DNA of 54,429 bases, taken from the NCBI GenBank assembly GCA_049678285.1, contig JBAUDW010000018.1, positions 1 to 54,429 of the forward strand, in the 5' to 3' direction. This DNA comes from Phycisphaerae bacterium (lineage in GTDB: Bacteria; Planctomycetota; Phycisphaerae; FEN-1346). Shown in pieces: positions 27,214 through 35,647 of this stretch. Positions within the stretch are counted from its first letter, which is position 1. Each line of letters begins with the position of its first letter. The notes under the pieces were generated by a model, which searched no databases, was not told where the DNA came from, and saw only the letters and a program-made list of their open reading frames with translations. A program made the translations under genes and the position numbers.

Positions 27214-27956
27214 GTGCGTTCTCCCAAAACTTCAACTCCAGATGGCGGCATCTCGGCAAGCCCTATAAGGCACCACTCGACCGCCGTCGCCTCGTAAGTC
27301 TCGATGTCGGCCGGAACATCGCCCTCAACGCCGAGTGCCCGGACGGTCCGGGCGAACTCAGGCAGAACGCCGGGGTTGCACTTCACAAACTCGCTGGCGA
27401 AAACTAGCGCCCGCAAGTACTTCCCTAATCTGGGGTGAGCGCCCGTGCCAATGCCGTACTGCAAGGTGACCATACCCGCTTTCGGAAGGTGATTAAGAAA
27501 CAACTTGCGCCCGAATACACCCTGCTCGACCGCTTCTCGATCAAAGATTATAAAGAGGCGGGGGTTCCAGAAGTGCAGGAACTTCGAGATGGCCATGAGC
27601 GAAGGACCGCGCTTGATCTGCTTGACGTCCTTCAACCGCAGCATAACCTTCCACACCGACGGCCACTCCTCGGGCCCAAGTTCCGATAGACGCTTTCCCC
27701 TCATGTCCTGGTCCGAAGCCATAAGATTCGCATGGATGACTTCAGGTGCCTGAACACTCCCGGCCCGGAAAACCTTCCACTTCCGCAAGCCCTTGTAGAC
27801 CGTATTGAAGTCCGGAAGACTTCCGTCGCCCTGGAATGCCTTCGTTGCTGCTTGATACATCTTCAACTGAAAACCTATGTCGTGAACCCATTTCTGTCGG
27901 CCCGAGCAGAACGCCTCAAAGGCCTGTTCCGTGGCTTCCTCAGACAGGCGAATCAT
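27210..27956 (-). CDS. hypothetical protein embedded in the hsd operon (orf248)
   Basis: ATGA overlaps at both ends (27953-27956 and 27210-27213). The motif [18 protein letters not shown] has unknown function. Visibly lower GC than hsdR. Confidence 0.6.
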   Translation of the reverse strand: MIRLSEEATEQAFEAFCSGRQKWVHDIGFQLKMYQAATKAFQGDGSLPDFNTVYKGLRKWKVFRAGSVQAPEVIHANLMASDQDMRGKRLSELGPEEWPSVWKVMLRLKDVKQIKRGPSLMAISKFLHFWNPRLFIIFDREAVEQGVFGRKLFLNHLPKAGMVTLQYGIGTGAHPRLGKYLRALVFASEFVKCNPGVLPEFARTVRALGVEGDVPADIETYEATAVEWCLIGLAEMPPSGVEVLGERT

Positions 27957-28894
27957 GGCGTCCCTCCGAATTCCGCCTCGTACTCGTCGATGCCCCATTG
28001 GCTCCAGTCGTGACACTCCTGCTCAAAATCCCGCCACAGGGCTTGAAGCCTATCCACCTGTGACGACGCAATGATAGGCCGCTCAATGTACTGGAACTGG
28101 TCAAACTGCGGAATTGCCAGGAAACCTGGACACGCGTCACCCAACACGTAGCCGGCCACGAAACCCGCGACCTCGCACAGGTGCTGGTGGCCTTGCCATA
28201 GGTGGTTCAGCGTGAGCCCGGCCTCGTCGGCCCCCACAGTAGCCCGACTCTCGGGTGTCGCAGCATGCGCAATGAACTTGTTGACGTGCTCAACTACGGT
28301 CTGGCAGGCCCCTTCAACCTTCTGCTGGAGGTTGACGAATACGCACTCCCTAACCGTGTCCTCAGGCCGCCGGCCTTGCGGCCGTATGCCCGCCAACCGA
28401 TCAACCTGTTTGTGCCGGTTTTCATGCTTGTGCCACTGCAGTTCAGGCGGCACCCAGTACGCCCGTTCCCCAGCCGCCTCCCGCTGTCTTGCGTACTCAA
28501 AACACTTCTGGCGCATCGGCTCGTAGTCATACTCCAAGCCCTCCGCCGCGAAGATGGCCTCTCGCGTGAACAGCTCCCGGTTTCTCAACATGTCCGCAAG
28601 CAAGGCTGACATCGAGCACACCCCCCGGCTGCCCTCGAGGGAGTACTTGTCCGTCAGCCGCCGCACGGCCGCCATGTGGCTTGCGAAGAACGCCCGGTCC
28701 AGGAGCGAATGCATCAGTCCGTTGAGTTGTACGCCGCCGTCCGGGTCGGGCGGCGCAAGGCGTCGGGCTTCGTTGACCACCCGGAACGCGGCGGCATCCC
28801 ACGTCATCTGTGTGAGTTGGCGGACGATGGCGTGCCGATCCTTACCGGAGAGGATTTTAAGCCACTCCTTGCGTTCGTCGGCAAGGCTCCGCAT
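27953..28894 (-). CDS. hypothetical protein embedded in the hsd operon (orf313)
   Basis: ATG with GAAGGGGA upstream. Helical protein with VEHVNKFIAHAATPES (weak Abi/HEPN-like flavour, lacking the Arg). Confidence 0.6.
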   Translation of the reverse strand: MRSLADERKEWLKILSGKDRHAIVRQLTQMTWDAAAFRVVNEARRLAPPDPDGGVQLNGLMHSLLDRAFFASHMAAVRRLTDKYSLEGSRGVCSMSALLADMLRNRELFTREAIFAAEGLEYDYEPMRQKCFEYARQREAAGERAYWVPPELQWHKHENRHKQVDRLAGIRPQGRRPEDTVRECVFVNLQQKVEGACQTVVEHVNKFIAHAATPESRATVGADEAGLTLNHLWQGHQHLCEVAGFVAGYVLGDACPGFLAIPQFDQFQYIERPIIASSQVDRLQALWRDFEQECHDWSQWGIDEYEAEFGGTP

Positions 28895-28939
28895 CAGGCG
28901 TCCCCTTCAACGAACTTCTCGGCGTCCTTGATCCGAATC

Positions 28940-29659
28940 TCACCTCAAGTAGTCAGCCGCAAGAGCCCGAATGCCCTTAATCATGCGGTCCACGTCCTCG
29001 GGCCTGACCTTGTGGCCGTCGCCGTGGGCGCAGTTGTTGCGGATGTCCGCCCAAGCCCGGATTTCGTGGGCCTTGGCCGCGCTGTAGACACCCGCCTTGG
29101 CCAGGTCGTCGTTCGTTGCGTTGATGCCCCTGCGCTCCCCGCTCGGCTTCGTGGTGGCAACGCCTTTCTCATCGCACAGTTTGCGCAACGCGTCTTCGAG
29201 AACCGCCCCGGCAAGCACGGCCGCCGGCACATAATAGCCCTCCGCGTAGAGCACCTCTGCTTGGGCGAGATAGTCACCCGCCAAGTCGGCCCGCATAATC
29301 GCAGCCAACTCGCCGAGGAAACCTTTCTCGCAGTCCTCCTTGATCGCTTTCAGGAGTGCGACTCCATACTCCAGCGAATCCTTCCTTACGACCAAAACGC
29401 TGAACCGCTCGACTTCGGCCCGGTGCGGATGTTGAGCTGGGACCACGTGCGTCAGTAGCGTCTTGGCATTGGTCCGCCACTTCACGAAACGTGGCAAGTC
29501 CATGTGGTGGTGTTCGCTGACGCCCCAAATTGAGCCAGTGATATTGTCGCGCCGTGCGTGGCGAGTCACCGTCGTCGCTGCGTGAAGAGCCTCCCCCTCG
29601 GCTATGAGGTCGTCGAACCGCTCCAGGACTTTCTCCTGAAGTGCACGCTGAATGCTCAT
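28940..29659 (-). CDS. DUF4145/HEPN-like protein embedded in the hsd operon (orf239)
   Basis: The C-terminal domain AAVLAGAVLEDALRKLC ... KAHEIRAWADIRNNCAHG carries an R-x4-H HEPN-type motif. Starts 8 nt after the hsdS stop. Confidence 0.65.
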   Translation of the reverse strand: MSIQRALQEKVLERFDDLIAEGEALHAATTVTRHARRDNITGSIWGVSEHHHMDLPRFVKWRTNAKTLLTHVVPAQHPHRAEVERFSVLVVRKDSLEYGVALLKAIKEDCEKGFLGELAAIMRADLAGDYLAQAEVLYAEGYYVPAAVLAGAVLEDALRKLCDEKGVATTKPSGERRGINATNDDLAKAGVYSAAKAHEIRAWADIRNNCAHGDGHKVRPEDVDRMIKGIRALAADYLR

Positions 29660-29667
29660 GCAGTCAC

Positions 29668-30894
29668 CTACTCAATACACTTCTCCGCATCCTTGATCCG
29701 AATCTCGCCCGACAGAAGTTTCGGCAGCAGCGCGTCGCGGATCGCCGCCAGCGTCGAAGACTCGTTCAAGTTTGCCGTCATCCGTCTGTGCAACGGTTCG
29801 ACCTGCTCCACAAACGCTTTGCGCATTTCAAGAGACGGGACGAGCACTTGAATCGGCCGGAAGTTTCGCTTGCTGATCTCGGCAAAAGTCGTCCCTCCGG
29901 CGTTAGCCTTGATGATCTCCATGTTGACCTCGGTCCAATACAGCACGTAGTAGTTGGGTAAGTCGCCATCGCAGATCATGGCGATGATGCCCTGGTTGAC
30001 CGAAACCGGGACTTCGGTAATAGCCAGATACCCGATGGGCGCCCGCGACGAGAGAAGCACTGTACCGACCGGAAGGCGCCCCGAACTGATCTTCTCGACC
30101 CCCGCATCCGTGATGTGCCGCTCCGTGTCCAACATGACCGGGCTCGTAAGCGTTGACATATCCTTGGGGGTTGCGAACGGATTCGTGCCACCTTGCCAGA
30201 AGCAAGTCTCCTTCGTGCTCGGCGTCGCACCGCCCACGCAGCGGACAGCCTTGCCGATCTCCCTGACATACCAACCCCTCGGAATCGGGCCGAGGGGGGA
30301 GTCCTGGAAGGAATCAGGGAAGAGGGCGGCTAGGTCGGCCGGGAGACTGGGGTCGCGGCCTTCGGCCTTGGCGTGAACGGGGTCGAAGTCCACGAACCAC
30401 GACTTGAAAATCGCCCGCGCCATCGCCTCTAGCGTCTCGTTCATCCGCCGGTTCAACTCGATCTTGTCGTCCAGCGTCCCCAGGATGTGGGCGATGGCCT
30501 TCTGCTCAGCTAGAGGGGGCAAAATGATCGGCAACGGGTGAATATGGTTGCGATTGAGCGTTGGTACGCCACTTCCCGCGTTGAAACGAAGAAAGTCCAT
30601 CGAGAGAATCAGATAATAGCAAAAGCGCCGATCATTTCCCTTGAAATCCTTCACCCAGAGCGTTGTGTTCAGGGGCCAGAAGTCCTGCCGGATGTACTGC
30701 CCACCGCCGAGACTGCCGCTGCGCCCAATCACCACGCCGGGCCCCTTGACCTTGGCCTCATTGTGGTACCCCACGCAGCCAGTGGAGGCTATCACAGGCA
30801 CGTGACCGTCTGCTCGGCGATAGGCTGGCAGGTCGAAGCCACGCTGAAGCGTAAGAGCATCCCCTAAGACCATGTGGGGCCACTCAGTCGCCAT
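29668..30894 (-). CDS. hsdS: Type I R-M specificity subunit
   Basis: I prefer ATG 30894 (MATEWPHMVLGDALTLQRG, GGAG upstream). Two target-recognition halves separated by conserved helices (LPPLAEQKAIAHILGTLDDKIELN ... ALLPKLLSGEIRI). Confidence 0.9.
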   Translation of the reverse strand: MATEWPHMVLGDALTLQRGFDLPAYRRADGHVPVIASTGCVGYHNEAKVKGPGVVIGRSGSLGGGQYIRQDFWPLNTTLWVKDFKGNDRRFCYYLILSMDFLRFNAGSGVPTLNRNHIHPLPIILPPLAEQKAIAHILGTLDDKIELNRRMNETLEAMARAIFKSWFVDFDPVHAKAEGRDPSLPADLAALFPDSFQDSPLGPIPRGWYVREIGKAVRCVGGATPSTKETCFWQGGTNPFATPKDMSTLTSPVMLDTERHITDAGVEKISSGRLPVGTVLLSSRAPIGYLAITEVPVSVNQGIIAMICDGDLPNYYVLYWTEVNMEIIKANAGGTTFAEISKRNFRPIQVLVPSLEMRKAFVEQVEPLHRRMTANLNESSTLAAIRDALLPKLLSGEIRIKDAEKCIE

Positions 30895-30980
30895 AACCCA
30901 CAATCTCCATGTTAGCACGAACAGCCTTCTCCAGCCGCGCCGACTCGGTAACCCGTTCACACAACGTTGCCACAAATCTC

Positions 30981-31835
30981 CTACCTATTGGCGTCATCCT
31001 GAACGGCTGTTTTCTTCAAATGGGACTCGACCTTCCCAAGCAACTCGCGATAGAAAGCGTTGCAGGCTGTCACCAGTTCTTGAACGGGAAGTTTCGAATA
31101 ATCAATTCTGCCACGTTCGTCGAGAACGTCCCACCTCCGCAACTGGGCGAATGTGGTATCGGCATAGTTCCTCTCGCCTTCGGGTATGTAATGCCCATCA
31201 TAGTGTTTGTAACAGTTACTCAGCACGCGAATGGCATTGACAATGTGAAACTCCTTGCATCCATCGAGAACTACGCTTCCCTCCTTCTTCAACAGGCCCT
31301 TGAAGTCCGCAAACTCCCTCGGAATGCTCGCCTCGATCTGCTTAAGAGCCCCTATGCACGCCCGACGCTGCACGTCAGTCGTCTTGCCTTCCGAGAACTT
31401 CTTGCATAGACCCTTCGCCTTTTCGATTTCTTCCTTGCGCTTACCAGTTGCGACTCGACAGCACCCGAGCACGGACCGAAGAAGGTGCTCCATGTCAGCC
31501 CAGATGGAAACCACGAGCGCCCCGTACATCTTTGAGGTGACGCTCTGCGTTTCAGCATGGATATCTGCTGCCCAGTCGCCGGCCTCGTAAAGCCTTGCTT
31601 CGGGGTCAGACGACTTGGCAGCCGAAGCCTCCCATTTCGCAAAGTGCTTCTTGAGCGACCGCTCATCATCATCGTGTCCAGCCCTGATGCGGCCCTCCCA
31701 CCTGTCATAGTGAGAACCGAGATAACTGTCGTCGCCGGGGAAAGCCTCACTGGCCAGACTCTTTATAAATTGCCATTGCATCTGCCAAAGGGGAGGTCTC
31801 TTGTGCTTCTTCCGTTTGGGGTGCTCAGCCGCCAT
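30981..31835 (-). CDS. hypothetical protein embedded between hsdM and hsdS (orf284)
   Basis: The start overlaps the hsdM stop by 11 nt. Sampled 60-nt windows are about 50-55% GC against about 73% in hsd[16 protein letters not shown] is only a loose HEPN-like hint. Confidence 0.6.
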   Translation of the reverse strand: MAAEHPKRKKHKRPPLWQMQWQFIKSLASEAFPGDDSYLGSHYDRWEGRIRAGHDDDERSLKKHFAKWEASAAKSSDPEARLYEAGDWAADIHAETQSVTSKMYGALVVSIWADMEHLLRSVLGCCRVATGKRKEEIEKAKGLCKKFSEGKTTDVQRRACIGALKQIEASIPREFADFKGLLKKEGSVVLDGCKEFHIVNAIRVLSNCYKHYDGHYIPEGERNYADTTFAQLRRWDVLDERGRIDYSKLPVQELVTACNAFYRELLGKVESHLKKTAVQDDANR

Positions 31836-33384
31836 AGGCCAGCCCCTTCAGGTTGGCGCGAATAGCCTTCTCTAGTCGCGCCGACTCGGCGAACTGCTCC
31901 TCCAGTCTGGCCACGAGGCGGGGCATCTTCTCCTCGAACGGCTCGCCGTCGTCCTCGACCTCCCCGGCCCCGACGTATCGGCCGGGCGTGAGCACAAAGC
32001 CATGCTCGGCGATCTCGTCTGTGGTCGCGGACTTGCAGAAACCGGGAATGTCCTCGTACTTCCCCGCGTCCTTCTCGCCGCGCCAGGCGTGGTAGGTCCG
32101 GGCAATCCGGTCAACGTCGGCCTGGGTCAACTCGCGGTGGGTGCGGTCAACCATCGTGCCAAGTTTCCGGGCGTCGATGAAGAGCGTCTGGCGGCGGCGG
32201 TCGCGGAACCGGCCATTGCCTTTGCTCCGGGCCAGGAACCAGAGGCACACCGGAATCTGCGTCGTGTAGAAGAGTTGCCCCGGCATGGCGAGCATGCAGT
32301 CCACCAGGTCCGCCTCGATGATCGCGCGGCGGATGTCGCCCTCGCCCGACTGGTTCGAGGACATCGACCCGTTGGCCAGGACGAATCCGGCGATGCCGTT
32401 CGGCGCCAGGTGGTGGATGAAGTGCTGAATCCATGCGTAGTTGGCGTTGCCGACGGACGGGACGCCGTACTTCCAGCGGACATCCTTTCGGATGTGTTCA
32501 CCGCCCCAGTCGCTCATGTTGAACGGGGGATTGGCGAGGATAAAGTCGGCCTTCAGGTCCTTGTGAGCATCATTCAGGAAGGAGCCCTGCTCGTTCCAGG
32601 CGATCTGGCCCTCGATGCCGCGGATCGCCAGGTTCATCTGGCAGAGGCGCCAGGTGGTGTAGTTCGACTCCTGGCCGTAAATGGAGATGTCGTCGCGGCG
32701 GCCGTCGTGGGCCTCGACGAACTCCTCGGACTGGACGAACATGCCGCCGGAGCCGCAGCAGGGGTCGAAGACGCGGCCCTTAAATGGCTCGATGACGGCG
32801 ACGAGGACGCGGACGACGTGGCGGGGCGTGTAAAACTCGCCGCCCAGTTTGCCCTCGGCGGCGGCGAACTTGCCGAGGAAATACTCATAGACGCGGCCGA
32901 GAACGTCCTTTGAGCGGCTCTCCTTGTCGCCGAGGCTGACGCTCGCGAAGAGGTCAATCAGTTCGCCCAGGCGGCGCTTGTCGAGGGCGGGGCGGCCGTA
33001 GTCCTTGGCGAGGATGCCCTTCAAGCGGGGGTTGTCCCGCTCGATGGCGGCCATGGCGTCGTCGATCAGTTTGCCGATTTCGGGACGCTTGGCGTTCTTC
33101 TGGAGGTAGGGCCACCGGGCCTCGGGCGGAACCCAGAAGACGTTTGCGCCGGTGTACTCGTCGCGGTCTTCGGGGTCGGCGTGCGGCTGGCGCTTGAGGT
33201 GCTCCTGGTGATCCAGGAAGGCGTCGGAGATGTACTTGAGGAAGATGAGGCCCAGGGCGACGTGCTTGTACTCGGCGGCGTCCATGTTGCCGCGGAGTTT
33301 GTCGGCGGCCTGCCAGAGCGTCTCCTCGAAGCCTAAGGCACCAGCCGATTGGTTCGCGTTCTTCTTCGCTTTCCTCTTTGCCAT
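31825..33384 (-). CDS. hsdM: Type I R-M DNA methyltransferase subunit
   Basis: HsdM N-terminal domain [35 protein letters not shown] motif [12 protein letters not shown]. Catalytic ILANPPFN. Confidence 0.95.
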   Translation of the reverse strand: MAKRKAKKNANQSAGALGFEETLWQAADKLRGNMDAAEYKHVALGLIFLKYISDAFLDHQEHLKRQPHADPEDRDEYTGANVFWVPPEARWPYLQKNAKRPEIGKLIDDAMAAIERDNPRLKGILAKDYGRPALDKRRLGELIDLFASVSLGDKESRSKDVLGRVYEYFLGKFAAAEGKLGGEFYTPRHVVRVLVAVIEPFKGRVFDPCCGSGGMFVQSEEFVEAHDGRRDDISIYGQESNYTTWRLCQMNLAIRGIEGQIAWNEQGSFLNDAHKDLKADFILANPPFNMSDWGGEHIRKDVRWKYGVPSVGNANYAWIQHFIHHLAPNGIAGFVLANGSMSSNQSGEGDIRRAIIEADLVDCMLAMPGQLFYTTQIPVCLWFLARSKGNGRFRDRRRQTLFIDARKLGTMVDRTHRELTQADVDRIARTYHAWRGEKDAGKYEDIPGFCKSATTDEIAEHGFVLTPGRYVGAGEVEDDGEPFEEKMPRLVARLEEQFAESARLEKAIRANLKGLAYGG

Positions 33385-33457
33385 CGCTGCCCCCCGTCAG
33401 GGCCCGATTCACCTTTCGGGTATGACCCGCGCACAGGCGGGCGGTTGAATCGGTATA

Positions 33458-33486
33458 AGGATAACCGCGCGGCGGGGTTTCTACAA
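33458..33486 (-). promoter_or_regulatory. possible promoter of the hsd operon
   Basis: On the minus strand: TTGTAG (33486-33481), 17 nt, TATCCT (33463-33458), about 70 nt upstream of the hsdM ATG. Confidence 0.25.
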
Positions 33487-33634
33487 GATATACTGTCCCG
33501 GCCAATTGCGTATTCGTGCAGGAAGGCGGCTTCGGCTCAGGACATCGAGGCGGAGGGGTGGGCAGTCGCCCACGAGGGGGAACGGGGCTTGGCGGGACAG
33601 GCGGTGCGGTGGATGTCAAAGCGGGCGGCGGCCG

Positions 33635-34024
33635 TCACCACTCGGCGAACGACAAGCAAAGCCGCCGGGCCTGCTGGATGGTGTGGATGCCCATGCGGGT
33701 CAGACAGCGGGGCGGGCGCAGGCGGCCGGGTTTATGCGTGGAAGGCGGCGTGGTGCAACGGTAGAGGGGTGGCTCAGGCCAGCGGCAAAGGCCGCCGCCC
33801 GGCCTGTGCGGCCAGGCATACGCGGCGCAGGTGCAGGGCGTGACGTTGGCCGGCCGGTCATAGAGAACGCGCTTCGCGGGCAAAGGCCCCCTGTGAAGCC
33901 GCCCGGCATGGGCTGCGCACAGTTGACGTGGATCGCCCCACAAAGCCCAAGCCTTGCACTGCCTGCCGTCGGGGTAGATGTGTCGGCACGCCCGCATCGC
34001 TCTGGCTCGTTCCGAATAGGCCAT
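33635..34024 (-). CDS. small Cys/His-rich phage-like protein
   Basis: I prefer ATG 34024 (GGAAGGAAAG upstream). MAYSERARAMRACRHIYPDGRQCKAWALWGDPRQLCAAHAG ... CTCAAYAWPHRPGGGLC. Confidence 0.55.
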   Translation of the reverse strand: MAYSERARAMRACRHIYPDGRQCKAWALWGDPRQLCAAHAGRLHRGPLPAKRVLYDRPANVTPCTCAAYAWPHRPGGGLCRWPEPPLYRCTTPPSTHKPGRLRPPRCLTRMGIHTIQQARRLCLSFAEW

Positions 34025-34376
34025 CAGTCTTTCCTTCCCTTTTTTGCGTCCACGCTGTGTGTCATAATGTAACATCCCGTCGGGCCTTGTTGCTAAACGC
34101 GGCCCTTGCCACCAGCCTTGACCATCGCCACGATCTCCGCTATGATTGCTGCCAGGCGGTCTAGGAGGGCCGCAGGGCCATGCCGACAAGGTGCTTGGCT
34201 TCCCCGTTTCATTCGTGCCGCCCGTCCTTTGCAGGGACGGCCGCCTTGACGGCGGCCAAGAGGCTTGCCCGGACGGCTTCCGGCAAGGCGGCCAGACGGC
34301 GGGCTAAATCCTCCACGTCGGGGGGCAGGCTCGGCGAGGCCGAGACGGGCGCGGCAGGGCCGGAATCGGCGGAAAG

Positions 34377-34394
34377 TGCGCCACATTCTGCGCC
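34377..34394 (+). repeat. 18-bp arm repeat, copy 2 (TGCGCCACATTCTGCGCC)
   Basis: Identical to 4681-4698. Lies 63 nt inside attR. Confidence 0.6.
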
Positions 34395-34457
34395 GCCTTC
34401 GTCGGGGGGATTTCGTAAGTCCTTATCGGTACAGGGGGTTACGTCTGGCGGTTCGTC

Positions 34458-34474
34458 TCCTCTCGAGCGCACCA
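34458..34474 (+). repeat. attR core (duplicate of the tRNA-Leu 3' end)
   Basis: TCCTCTCGAGCGCACCA. The flanking sequence diverges from the tRNA locus immediately after CCA. Confidence 0.8.
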
Positions 34475-34548
34475 CAGACGATTCGGCGCCGGCCGGCGGA
34501 CAGCGGCCGGCGTTTCCTTTCGACGACGGCGCGGGGAAAGGCTGAACG

Positions 34549-34995
34549 GTGCCAGAAAAACCGAAACCGAAAGTCCTCTTTCTCTGCACGGGCAACGCCT
34601 GCCGAAGTCAGATGGCCGAAGGGTGGGCTCGGCACCTGAGGGGCGACCGGCTGGAGCCCTTTTCCGCGGGCACCAGTCCTCACGGCCTGGATCCGCGGGC
34701 CGTTCGCGTCATGGCCGAGGAGGGCGTCGACATCTCAGGCCAGCGGTCCAAGCACGTTGACGAGGTGTGTCGCATTCCGTTCGATTACGTCGTGACCGTG
34801 TGCGACCGCGCGAGGGACGCGTGCCCGGTCTTTCCGGGCAAGGCGAGGGCCCTCCATGCGGGTTTCGAGGACCCGGCGGCGGCGCAAGGAACAGAGGAAG
34901 AGGTCCTGGCCGTGTTTCGCCGGGTCCGCGACGAAATCCGACAGTTCATCGAACGCCTGCCGGAAACGCTTAGCGCTACTACGCTTCGTTCTTAA
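34549..34995 (+). CDS. arsC: arsenate reductase, LMW-PTP/thioredoxin-coupled type
   Basis: VLFLCTGNACRSQMAEGW (CX5R P-loop) plus TVCDRARDACP (second Cys pair). GTG start with GGGGAAAGG upstream. Confidence 0.85.
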   Translation: MPEKPKPKVLFLCTGNACRSQMAEGWARHLRGDRLEPFSAGTSPHGLDPRAVRVMAEEGVDISGQRSKHVDEVCRIPFDYVVTVCDRARDACPVFPGKARALHAGFEDPAAAQGTEEEVLAVFRRVRDEIRQFIERLPETLSATTLRS

Positions 34996-35188
34996 CGCAG
35001 AGAACGCCGAGAACGCAGAGAACGACCTTTACTGGGTCGAGAGGGGAAAAAGGGCAGTCTGAAGTTGGGGTTGTGGAGCAGCGGCGCGGCCTGGCCGGGG
35101 GATGCTGTGCAACTTGTTGTGAAAGAATATCTTATCTCTGCGATCTCTGCGTTTAAAAAGCGTTGTAGGATGGCTGGTCGGCGAAGGG

Positions 35189-35217
35189 TTGACCCCGGGC
35201 GTGCGGTCGGCTAGAAT
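35189..35217 (+). promoter_or_regulatory. sigma70-like promoter for tRNA-Cys
   Basis: TTGACC (35189-35194), 17 nt, TAGAAT (35212-35217), 23 nt before the tRNA. Confidence 0.5.
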
Positions 35218-35240
35218 TGGCCCGCCTCGGTTTACTTGCG

Positions 35241-35317
35241 GGCGGCGTAGCCAAGCGGACCAAGGCGCCGGTTTGCAAAACCGGTATTCGCGGGTTCGAA
35301 TCCCGCCGCCGCCTCCA
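35241..35317 (+). tRNA. tRNA-Cys(GCA), CCA encoded
   Basis: Acceptor GGCGGCG/CGCCGCC. Anticodon stem CCGGT/ACCGG with loop TTGCAAA. T arm GCGGG-TTCGAAT-CCCGC. Confidence 0.9.
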
Positions 35318-35647
35318 AGCCTGTCTGCGGCCCATTTCTGCCTGTTTGCCCGAAGCGGCATTCCGGAGACGGTTTGACTTTCGCGGATTCTGCGCCATAA
35401 TAGCCTAGGCTTGAGGACTGAAAGCGCCCGGGGGCAGGTTCACAGAGGCCGATGTCCACGGATTCCCGGACGAGTCGCCTTTTGCCCAGGTAGGGTCCGG
35501 CCGCATGGCGCGCAATCGTGCGCTCCGCACCCGCGGGAAGAGGGGCTTCCTCAGTCTGCTTCAGCCGGCATGCCTGTCCGGCCGATAGTCCACGGGAAGA
35601 AAAAGGCGGTCGTTCGACGCAGGGGCGGAAAAGGGAGAATCCCAGCC

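Larger units (their letters stand above)
4566..34474. mobile_element. ~29.9 kb integrative genomic island inserted at the 3' end of tRNA-Leu(CAG)
   Basis: Direct repeat TCCTCTCGAGCGCACCA at 4566-4582 (tRNA 3' end) and 34458-34474. The integrase abuts the tRNA. Also present are an Xis-like HTH, a Toprim protein, a resolvase and defence cargo. All called genes share one strand. Confidence 0.8.

Noticed and set aside
34209-34595. 128-aa minus-strand ORF spanning attR
   Set aside because: It would start in core DNA and read across the island junction. Only the last ~35 codons look protein-like. Its similarity to the integrase tail is at DNA level, in a different frame (the 18-bp arm repeat).
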